In this document: piece after piece, positions 9,761-20,000 of the stretch
How positions within the stretch are numbered: the stretch's first letter is position 1
Layout of the letters: each line of letters starts with the position of its first letter
Assembly (NCBI GenBank): GCA_000934665.2
Contig: JYFJ02000468.1
Span: forward strand, 108,486 to 128,485
Length of the DNA stretch: 20,000 nt
Direction of reading: 5' to 3'
From: Catajapyx aquilonaris
Taxonomy: Eukaryota
Position numbers and translations under genes: made by a program
Notes under the pieces: generated by a model
Databases searched by the model: none
Seen by the model: only the letters and a program-made list of their open reading frames with translations
Told to the model about the DNA's origin: nothing

Positions 9761-10564
9761 ACGTCCGAACCTGTAGTGTCCCAACACCTGCAACACAAGC
9801 CTCGGCTGATCAACACGTGACTTTGAAACGACTGTAAGTTTGATACTTACTGCTCTCATGTGGACTATTGCCATTGTCATGTGTGATTTAAAAATGCTGA
9901 AGTCTAACTAGGAGTGAGGTCATGTAAAGTGCAATCAGTAGTATCAGCACTTGAACTTTGGATCTTTTCCCATTGAAGTAGTAAGCAAAAAAGCAAGATA
10001 AGAAAAGTGATGTATTTTGTATTTCAACACTGCAATCTACACAAAACATACAGTATATACACAAATACATTTAATCAGCAAAAATGAGGTAATCATATGA
10101 CTTTCTGGAATGTCTAGGAAAAGTTACAAGTTCTTTACATAATTACCACAAAACTGGTGAAAAGTGCACTGTAAATATCAGTTTGTCTTTTTTACATACA
10201 AAATAAAAATGTGCCAGCTAGTTTCTCTACGCCACTGAATTTTTTCTAACAGTTCATTGTTCCAATGTACTAAAAACAGGTAGTTAAAAGGCAATTTACG
10301 GAATTCAAACCTTAACATGCAACCTATAAAATTGAGCAAGACACAAAACACAGCAATTTTAATTTACATTAATTATAAATTATTTGTACCCATATATCAT
10401 TAATTCATAAAATTTAGTCATGAATTCCTCTAAATTGCCTTTAACGTCCACAACTAAAATAATATTCCCATGAGCGATTTTTAAAACAACACTAGCATAT
10501 TTCAAAAACACCCCAGGCTGGCTATCACATCTCGTACATTTCACAGCACCAAAGTTCCACTCAC

Positions 10565-12933
10565 TCACTCTGCCTGAACAGTAAAATACCGATATGGCTT
10601 CATGCTCCGTTGCCAAAACATAAGTCCTATTAAAATTGATGCCATAAGCACCAGTCCCAGCACCCCAGCCAGTATAGTCGCACCAATAGTGATCCCAGGC
10701 AAGCTTGCAATAAACACATCTAGTTTTTCACTGTTGCATTCCTTATGCCAGTCCAAAGGCACCATTGGATGCATCAAGCTCTCAAATGTTTCCAATGGAC
10801 AATCCGCAGCACAATTTTTCACTTGAAGTTGCCACAACTTTGGCTCTTCAGATGTGTCATTTTTGTAGAACATCCGCACAAAACTTGAATTGTTCGCACT
10901 TCGGTGCAGCTCCACTATTATCATTGATGCATATGGAGGTGGGACATTGTTGTACACACCCAGAGCTTGCTGTAAGGCAGCCAAAGTGCTGTCATGCGCT
11001 GAGTACATGAAAAACTTACGACTAGCAGGTGACAATCTTCCATCAATTTTCTCCTTCATGTTGGTTATCATCTCCCCAAGCACAGGCCCACCTCTAAGAC
11101 GAGCCATCTCAGGAGTGTAGCCAATTATGGCAAAACTCAGGAGAAACAGTGGATGCATTGCAGTTGGATACACGGAATCAGTCCACGCAGGCAGAGTCAG
11201 ATTATACAATTTCTGTAGAAGAAAAAGTCAATTCACATTTTAGATTCACCACGCATTAGTTATTTATTAACACTACTGGCATAATCTTTCCAGTGTGTAA
11301 CAAACTTGAAAAATTAAGACGCACCTCAATGAGGAGAGTATCGTACAAATCTCCAACTTGCTTTGGTGTGTCCAGTACCTTCCCTGTGTGTCGCCACAGA
11401 TATGCAAACAGCTCTTGAAACTGTGACAGAAGCTGCTTCATCTCAGTGCTATTGTATAGTTTCTGAAGCTCAATTTCATACCGTGGACACTTGGAGTCCA
11501 TTGTCAGCTACCAGAAAAAACAAAGGTAAAATCAGACCGGATGTTCAGTTATGAAATTACCTGTAGCTCCTCAGTACATCTCTGCTAAGACGTGTTAAGT
11601 TATGTAAATGTAGGCTATTGGTGACTGGATCATAATGATTCTTGTGATTGCACAGGATGCAATTACAACGTTCAGTAAGAAACTTTGAAATGCTGTCTGG
11701 AGGTAAATTAATGTTAAATTACTCAATTCTCATATTCTTAAGCATTGTATGGCATCCAATCTTTTCTTCATCCTGATAATTCCTCATATATCCTTGAACA
11801 AAGAAAAACATTCTCTCCTAATCTCCAGCTGGTCATTCACACAACTCAACTCTGGTTAAGTCATCTATATGCTTTTTTTTCAACCAATGTGACAAAGTGC
11901 AGTTGCATCATATGCCTCCTAGTATCAAGTACTTCAGTATTGCAAACATTTACCAAAATAGGGCACAACATATCAATGAGGTTAGGTTTGTTGACACTGC
12001 TAGCAGAGGAGATTGTGAGAATACTACAGTAAATTATACGCACCGGGTCAACATCCTTAGGCATGGTATGAATAGGAACAGGCTGCCAATCAATCGATGG
12101 GTCCCACAGTTCATCACCAATAGGAGGAAAAAGGCCTGCGAGGTTGGTAGCAGCACTCATCAGGGTTCGATCCACATCTGTGCTGCGTACGTAAATCTGC
12201 TCGTACTTATACTTCTTATTGATGAACCCATCGTATCGATGACGCAGGAACTGCCCAAGGTGATACTCCATTGTTTTGCCTCTCTGCAATTGCAAATGTG
12301 GTCAATTAATAAAATCAGCACAATGCTCCTTAGATCAGCCGGCATGACACTACGAATAACTTCATGCTCAAATTGTGAATGCCCTGCTTACATTTGTCAG
12401 CTGGCCCCATCCTTGTGGCCAATACGATACGTTATTGTATGGGTCGGTCGGATATGACGAAATGGGTGCCCTATCTCCATGTCTGTATATCTGGAATGGA
12501 AAATGTGGCCATTACCCTCTCCAACACCTCACACAACATTTACAACAATCTTCCAAATGCCAATGCTCTAACAAGGACCCTGCAGCCGCAGTAGATTACA
12601 GACGGCATTGGTCTACTATTGTCAAGTAGAATCTGCTCCGTGGTGCTTGATGCACACTTTTCAATTGATCGGACAAGTCAAACCCATTGTGAAAAGACAC
12701 CCAATCTGCGGTGCACCCAAACTTACCACCTGCAGCAGCTCCAGTGATCCGACCTGAGCCTGCCCCTCTGCAGGCAACGGCTGCGGTGCTGACCCAAACC
12801 TCCTGTCCAGCATCTGGTACATGGTCCTGGCCGTCTCCCTGGACACCAGTCTGTGGTGGACATTCCCCCAACACTCCCTGGCTGCCAGCAATATTACCCA
12901 GATCAAAAGGCTTCCTCTGAGTCTTGGGATCAT
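10565..12933 (-). CDS. Acph-1: Lysosomal-type acid phosphatase (ACP2/Acph-1-like), type I membrane protein; 5 exons, ~458 aa
   Basis: Exons (minus strand) 12933-12727, 12490-12392, 12283-12044, 11507-11325, 11212-10565(TGA); all phase 0 and GT-AG. Signal-peptide-like start [23 protein letters not shown]. Canonical [19 protein letters not shown] and MYSAHDSTL motifs. C-terminal TM helix ([27 protein letters not shown]) followed by a short tail with YxxPhi motifs (YRYF/YFTV). Confidence 0.93.
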
Positions 12934-13695
12934 TGCTTTTTTTGGGAGGGTCTCAGGAGACAACCAGCTGCACTCAAAAGGCCTTGAGAAGCAGGCTTGG
13001 AAATAGAGGGTGTGGGTTGGAAGTCGAATCCGGACTGGCACACTGCGGTTTGGCACTAGGTCCTACACATCAAGTTTTATCAGTGTTTACTTCAGTTCAC
13101 GTGATGGGCAGGAGTCATGAACCTGTGTGGTAAAACGATGTGCTGTTATCTTAATTACAGAGGGTGGCATTCATTAAAGGGAAGGGGTCATTCTCACTTG
13201 ATGATTGATGAATTGCGATATACATGCGGAATCTTACGGGTTATTTAAATGCACAAAGGTCACAGCTGATTCAAGCATGTCAGTATAGTATATTACGCAT
13301 GATCTGGCATGATTTGTCAGCATTGGTGGTGATGGAAATAAGTAATGGGCTGATTTTAATGTATTTGTGCAATATCCAGATATATCTTACTGTGCACATA
13401 GGCGACTTTTTCTGCTTCTTATGGCGCAATAATTTTATTGACAATCGTTATATCTTAGAATGCCAGGCATTTGTAAAAATACACACCTGATACACAATCA
13501 TCTTGGATAAGGAGGGAAAAGAGAATAAAGCTACAGTACAAACTATACAAAGAATCATAAAAGAGTGATACCCTATACTCTGGTGATATGTGTTTATTTT
13601 TGCAGTGATAACATATATGGCAAAATCGTGAAAGTCAAAAGAAAAATAACTAGGCCTACTATTTTTGTCTCCATTACGTATAGGGGTCATCATTT

Positions 13696-14201
13696 TATAG
13701 TATTAGTACGGCGGCTTATTAAAAGTATTATGCACAAAAGCGATTTTAAATTTTTTTACGTGATCTACGCACCATAAGGAGCATTTTGAGGGTTAGAGCC
13801 ACCTCCAAAAGTTTCCGGTTAATTTTTTTTACAGCCGTTCAAAGTTTAAAACAGTGCGTAAGTGAAAATTGCGTGGTACCAGCTTCTACGTTTGGCTACT
13901 ACGGTGGTCGTTCTGGTGTCATTTCCTATATAGGTTTATTTTAGGGGTCGAGGAAATGACACCAGAACGACCACCGTAACCAAACGTAGTAGAAGCTGGT
14001 AACACGCAATTTTGAGAATTTTCACTTACGCACTGTTTTAAACTTTGAAAGAATGTAAAAATTAACCGGAAACTTTTGGAGGTGGCTCCAACCCTCAAAA
14101 TGCTCCTTATGGTGCGTAGATCACAAAAAAAACATTAAAATCGGTTTTTGGTTCGAAGTGCATAATTCAGTCTCATATCGGCATTAAGCCGCAGGACTAT
14201 A
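13696..14201. mobile_element. Foldback / MITE-like element with ~200-230-bp inverted arms
   Basis: 13727-13927 is the reverse complement of 13951-14166 with scattered mismatches and indels (e.g. gtgatctacgcaccataaggagcattttgagggtt vs aaccctcaaaatgctccttatggtgcgtagatcac). The loop is 23 nt (13928-13950). Weaker outer matches gcggctta/taagccgc and tatagt/actata extend it to 13696/14201. No coding capacity. Confidence 0.8.
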
Positions 14202-17200
14202 TACGGCTGTAGTTTATTGACCGATTGACCGATTAGTATAGTAGTTAATAATAATTATGACTATTCGTGTTGCATGCCATTTTTTCGGAATATTGTAAGA
14301 ATGGGCTGCATCATAGTAAGTTATTGTAGGCCTACTGTAAAACGTCACGAGGTGACTCCGCATTAATTACTCCTGGTCAGATATTTGTTGTGCGAAGAAT
14401 AAACTTGGACTATTACCATGCATGCCAACGAACACTATACCTGAAGCTAATGGGCTGTGCTCTACTCGCTTCTGGAATTAAGCGATGACGAAACATGATA
14501 ATAAATAGGATACTTGCTGCAAACTGCAAATCATATGGGTGCGCTGTAAACATCAACATGGATTTCATTTATTATATTCATACATACATACATACTCGCG
14601 CATGTTATTCACACCTGATGTATACTGCAATTTGTTAACTGCATTTTATACATTTTTATGGCAGTCATCAGATGCTTTTGGTAATGTACACTGCATAATG
14701 GAAGGATACATCAGATTATGTCTAATCACTGGACTTCATTAATGCAGTTCTCCATTGCTCACGAACGTAAATCGTAATGATCTTATGGCATAGTGTTGTA
14801 GACGTATATGGAAACTTACGCCGCGATATTTTTTTAAATCAAAAGCTTCACACCACTCGAAATAGTCTTCGCTTGGAGGAGAAACTGGCCATATTTCTGA
14901 CATGGAATTCAATCACTTGTAACAGATATGGTGGCATTCGATAATCGGCTCTAAGCCTATACTGACAGTAATAGTACTTGGCATTATTTACAAGGGCACG
15001 CAATAAAGAGCGTGCTTGAAAATCGATCACAGTGTTTCAATATGCTTTATCGAAGTACTCAGGTACTCTTAAGTACAATAAGTTAGAGGTAACTACACCT
15101 ATAGACTTATAATAAGAAAGAAAACATCAATAACAAAAGATTACAAATAACTTATGGATATCGCTTAGGTATAGGGTACAGCAGTATTTTCAAGAGTATT
15201 TTTAAGTGCCATACCTTGCAATATTTTTAAGAATCTGTACAACGTCAGTACTTGGAGTATTCCCCTGCTACTAAGTAGCCTACTTTGTTACAGTGTAAAT
15301 ATGACTAGTGTTTGACTTATTCTTGTATATGACACATGATAAGGATCACGGTAAGAATAAAATAGTAATAAATTCTCGCCTGTCGTATTTTAAAATTATA
15401 TTCGATTTATAGTGGCTGACTTCAAGCAGAGCACATATCTGTCTGCCATAAGTTCAAGTTTTTAATAGGTTTCTAATAGCATTATAAAGTGGTGTCATTA
15501 TCCGTCATATAATTATTATCTGACCTTACAGATACAGTCACTATATTCACCTGGCCCTTATGCAGGTAAGCTAATATTATTGGCACGAGTATTTTTTGCC
15601 CAATTTTTAGGCAACATAGAAGTTTCCCTTCAAAATAAGTAAGATAAACTCAAATAGTAACATTAATTATTATTAATAAACTTGTAGACATGTCTATTGT
15701 TCATGCCGTCCGTAGATATTTTATACCAAGCTGACCCTTGATATATAAGTTACCAAGCCACACTTCCTGAGATGTTATATATTTATCGGAAGAAGTTTTT
15801 GATCAAGTCATCTACAATAATGATTTTTCTGTAAGTGCAAATACCTGTCCAAGATAAAACACAACACCAAACATTATTGAAAGGAGTTATTTTATATGCC
15901 CCCATTCTAAGCTGAGAAAGACGGAGTTGGGAAAGAAACAGAGACGCAGGCGCAATAAAAATCCCAATCATATTAAATGACAAAATTATATGCGTTTTAT
16001 TCCGACAATGAATGAAAATACTTGTTGTGATTATTCATTGGGCAGATGTTAAATAAATTGTAATCTTCGTGTCTCATGATGTATTATTTCCACAAGCAAA
16101 AAACGTCTTTCGTCGTTCTAATTGCTTTTTCAGCATATGACGGAAGTAGGCCTACAATTATTTTTGTGCATTGGTTGGGTGAAAGAAATGGAAACACTTC
16201 TCTGCTGGCCAAAATGACATAGAGTATAAGCCGAACTGTGCAAAGTACGGGTCATTATCTGCACCCAGCATTGATAAGAATTTCAAATAATGACGTTGCA
16301 TACGACAATTGCTAGTTATTATTGGCGATTTAGTCAGTAGCCTACTATTTCCAGAGAGCCAATAGTAGTTGCATTACTCAGACACCGTATCTTTAGTCGC
16401 CGTCTATTTGCTCCCATGTAACTGTATTATTTTTAACCGGCAGGAGTGTTTCTGTGAGTAAACAAGTAAAGACCGTTTCTTAACATTTATGTACCAGAGT
16501 ATTCTAATGCTATAAGCTGGTAAAACTGTTGAGTAAACGTTCCTCAAAAAGTATAATTAAGTTATTTCAACCTTGCACAAAATTATGTTCCGCATTTATT
16601 CTGAGAAATCATCGTTGTTGCCACTATATTTTGCCAGCCTTCGAAACTGATAACATACTTATAATCTGACCAGAAAAAAAACAATATAGAAAATAATATT
16701 AGCATGCTGAATATTGTAAGAAACTATGTGAATGTGGATTTTATATGCAGTAATACTGCATATCTTCAGGGTTGCTTCGAAAAGTTCTCAGGAATTGGAA
16801 AGAATATTATTATGTATTGGAAGACCGCATTCAATATTTTATATGTCATAACTACAGTATGATACTGTAGGTATATGCACTCATTCAACCTGAAGGACTT
16901 ATATTAGGATTTACTTTTGACTTTGCAAGCTGACTTTCCATTATGTGTTCACAGGAACACTGGCACGGTATTCAGTTATCAATTCAAGTAATGTACTAAG
17001 ACGACTAAAGCGTTTTCTCAATTGGTTCAGCAAATGGGGATAGTCAAAATCGGACATATTCAAGTATTTTGAGGCTTATTAGCTTGGTCTTTTGCACATA
17101 ATCTTTCCTTGAAAGCTGCCCCAGTGTGGAACATTAGCAGCCAAGACCGATAATACGGGAATTCTGACGTTAATAATTAAAATGCTAACTGATTTGATTT

Positions 17201-17811
17201 GCGCAGTTGTACAGTTTACGCTTGTATAGTTTATGCCATGTGAAGCCCATTATCTCGGTAACCAGACCATGCAGGCCAAATTACTCTAACAGTAAGAGTG
17301 ATCCTTTGGCCATTTTTTTCCAAGCATCATGTGTTTGCTTAATATTTGGCAATAGGAGTACCCACATTAGAGGTGCAAATAATCTTGAGTAATGCCTAAT
17401 GTCAACAGGAAGTGTTTGATATGCCACTACCATAGGAAAAACGCAAGCTTGCACAAGTAGGCTACAGGGTGTACCCTAACCTCTTGAATAAAAAAAAGCC
17501 AGGCTGACAGTTTGAAACTCTCGGGGACAAAGTGGTTCATAAGCAGGTAGGACTCCCGCGAAGAGCAAAATCAATCGCTGTGTGCATAATGCGGCTCCTC
17601 AAAAGCTGACTAATGCATCATTTTAAATGTGGTCTCAAATCAGCCGTTTTCATCATGTATAAAAACTGCTTAAGTACCAGTGTGGAAGACCGTTTCATGG
17701 ACGAATAGTAAAAATTGTGTACCTGTGCCGGGTATGCTTACACATTGTCCGTCACAACCCGGCCACAGTTTCACGTTATCACCAATCGCACATTGAACAG
17801 TGATGATTTAT

Positions 17812-18319
17812 CTACAGAGAAGGGATGGTGTACGGGATGTAGTCCCTCTGAGCGGAGGGAGGGAGTCCCAGGAGACCACTGCCCCTGAGGCTCATGGGCA
17901 CATCCTCTGAGCTGGTGGGCACCCCGACGGCCTGGCCCATGCCGCCCATGGCCCCGAGGCCGAATCCGACCCCGACACCAGGTCCGCCCCTGGGGCAGCC
18001 CCTGTCCGACTTGGATCCCTGGGCGGCCCCGGTGGCTGCCCCGGCGGCCTCTTTCCCGCTGAGCAGCTCGCTCATGAAGGCGATGTAGGTGATGGCCAAT
18101 CGGAGGGTTTCGATTCGTGAGAGACGCTTCTCGTAGGCGAATGTTGGGACCTTTCGACGCAGCTTGTCGAAGGCCTCGTTTAGGTTGAACATGCGGCGTC
18201 TCTCGCGGATGTTGGCCGCTCGTCGCTGGGCCATGGTGGCCACTCGACGGCGGGGCTTCTTGCTCGACTGGTGGTGGTGGTGGGGCTGGTGGTGGTGGCT
18301 GCCTGGGCGGGTGCCGAAT
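17812..18319 (-). CDS. Fer3: bHLH transcription factor Fer3 (48-related 3 / FERD3L / Nato3), last coding exon; upstream exon(s) not identified
   Basis: [71 protein letters not shown] is essentially the insect Fer3 bHLH as recalled. MFNLNEAF and [12 protein letters not shown] distinguish it from Ptf1a/Fer1. In-frame TAA TAA just upstream (18354-18349) implies a splice acceptor; candidate AGs give an exon start at 18319 or 18302. Stop TAG at 17814-17812. The exon is GC-rich. Confidence 0.93.
18271..18297 (-). repeat. CAC-rich trinucleotide tract encoding HHHQPHHHH in Fer3
   Basis: gtggtggtggtggggctggtggtggtg on +; in frame with the bHLH on -. Confidence 0.8.
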
Positions 18320-18819
18320 CTGATGGGCCCATGTGGAGGAGACGTACATTATTATAGGGCGACAATAAAATTATTAGGCGCCTGCATGATGACATTTAGT
18401 TGCGTTTAGCCGTGAGGAAAAATATTTGCTACATTTTGGACCAAATTTTAAAATCCTGAGCAGTTGACGGAAATGTCCTCGTCCAAGGCACTCCAAGGTA
18501 TCTTACGCAGCTGACGTGACCCATTTTTCAGGTTTCGATTGTGACATCTCTCGATGAGCCTTACTTGCGTGACAATATTTAGGGCACCGAATAATTATGA
18601 TGTCACCATCAGGCACTTTCATGCGGAATGATTTGAACCGCATAAGTTAAGGTGCGAGCCATCAGTCGGAAGTTGAGGGGTTGACATAACCCTCAGGATT
18701 TCTTGTACGTCAAATTTGAAGATGACATTACCTCCGTTACAAAACCGAAATCGCCGAAAGGAGAGATTTAATATCAAAATGCAGAAAAAATAGGATTCCT
18801 ATCTGGAAGTGCGGAAAAT

Positions 18820-18927
18820 ATTTTCAACGACCTGTACAGTGTACAGGTCGTTGAAAATCTATACACTTTGGGAAACTGCACGCATATACTGTACAGTGTA
18901 TGCGTGCAGTTTCCCAAAGTATAGATT
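18820..18927. repeat. Two abutting palindromes upstream of the Fer3 bHLH exon
   Basis: First: attttcaacgacctgtaca-g-tgtacaggtcgttgaaaat (18820-18858), perfect 19-bp arms. Second: 18856-18927, ~35-bp arms centred on actgt|acagt, with one mismatch and one 2-nt indel. Confidence 0.92.
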
Positions 18928-20000
18928 CCTATTCTCGGTCTAATTTATTTACATCATTTTCATACACTTCACCTTGAGCTTGCACAATGCAGGGCGAGAG
19001 TGACCCTGTTTTACAAAAGTAATATATTGTTGCTAATGGATAATATTATTGATAACGCGATTGTTTTGGTGTGCAATAGAAACCTTGTAAACCAATTATC
19101 GCAAACAGAAATGTTCTGTGACATAAATCGTACATTGAATTCTTTCAGTACCACGGTCCTTATCACAGAATGTGTGTTCCAATATATTAGGCATACGTTA
19201 CATACTGTGGATAAACCGCAAGAGAAATTGATGTGTTGTAAAAGCTTGCATATGAGTTTTTTTTTGATAAAATCGACATATTCCCTTTCAAAATATAAGT
19301 GACTTTCTAAGACATCTACGTCAATATTACCTTGTGCTTAAAAATGACTTATTTTAGTAACATTAGTTAAGTCATGCGTAACAAAATCTCTATGAAGAAT
19401 TTGTCAAATATTTTTGCCACATCTCCATCAGTGCGCAATGAAATGAAATGAAGCTGTATCAGCTGTAATACAGCCTTCTGTACGTCATCAGCAAAATTAT
19501 TCAGTAATATTGTCTTAATTTTTTACACTCAGGCCCGGTCCCTTCACTTACCAGTGGGGCACATGAAGCACAACCTATAGGAACATCCTGTACTAACATT
19601 CTGCACATTTGTTTCACTTTACGTAACAAAATTTAAGAATTATTGAAATGCGCAAATTTTTTAATGGGATGAAATGATTATGAAATATTTTTGTTCTCAT
19701 TTTGATGACCACATGCATTGTGGGATTCGCTTTGTACAAAAAAATTCAGCTGTCTGAAATTGACCTAGGAGACAAGTAGCCTAGCACTTGAAAATACACA
19801 CTTTGGTATAGATAGATGTATGAAGGGAAATTATGAAAAAAATTGGAAATTGGCAATTCAAAATGAACAATTGGCGCAAAATGTATAGGCTACGTGTGAT
19901 TCTGGTGCACGTTAAAATTGGCAAAAAGGTACGATCACATCTAACTGGTCCAACAACAAAACACATTTTTCATCACCCTTCAAAACCACAGATGAGAGAA

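Noticed and set aside
13224..17392. Scattered 60-90-aa ORFs in the AT-rich intergenic region
   Set aside because: No recognisable domains or consistent exon chain; consistent with random ORFs.
17463..17476. TACAGGGTGT Tc1/mariner-like terminus
   Set aside because: No matching inverted end was found downstream in the window.
18231..18240. Perfect Kozak GCCACCATGG at the start of the Fer3 basic region
   Set aside because: It encodes the conserved A-T-M-A residues, and upstream KKPRRRV also matches Fer3 as recalled, so it is probably internal. Use as an alternative start cannot be excluded.
17771..18349. 192-aa ATG-initiated ORF overlapping Fer3 in another frame
   Set aside because: GC-rich sequence with few stops. 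The product is low-complexity, and the conserved bHLH is in the other frame.
19552..19587. Possible 36-nt upstream Fer3 exon (AG...GTAAGT on the minus strand)
   Set aside because: The splice signals are plausible, but there is no recognisable Fer3 similarity and it needs transcript evidence.

Overview
Eukaryotic, intron-rich animal DNA, most likely arthropod/insect judging from the Fer3 sequence. Four spliced genes were reconstructed by hand from GT-AG junctions with consistent phases. (1) A 13-exon + strand gene (537-6066, ~1208 aa) whose N- and C-terminal motifs resemble vertebrate C10orf67 (DUF4709/DUF4724). It is expanded by a 2-kb exon carrying a 21-bp (7-aa) coding minisatellite. (2, 3) Two tandem - strand histidine acid phosphatases: a membrane-anchored lysosomal-type copy (12933-10565) and a copy with no C-terminal anchor and a variant RHGDRSV active-site motif (9760-7862). 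(4) The bHLH exon of Fer3/FERD3L (- strand, ~18319-17812). Non-coding DNA holds a ~500-bp foldback/MITE, an intronic pre-miRNA-like hairpin, two abutting palindromes upstream of the Fer3 exon, and a tRNA-derived SINE-like head. The most interesting lead is the convergent C10orf67-like/Ptf-family bHLH arrangement, which recalls human C10orf67-PTF1A. There is no evidence of CRISPR or prokaryotic systems. Family assignments come from remembered sequences, not from database searches.
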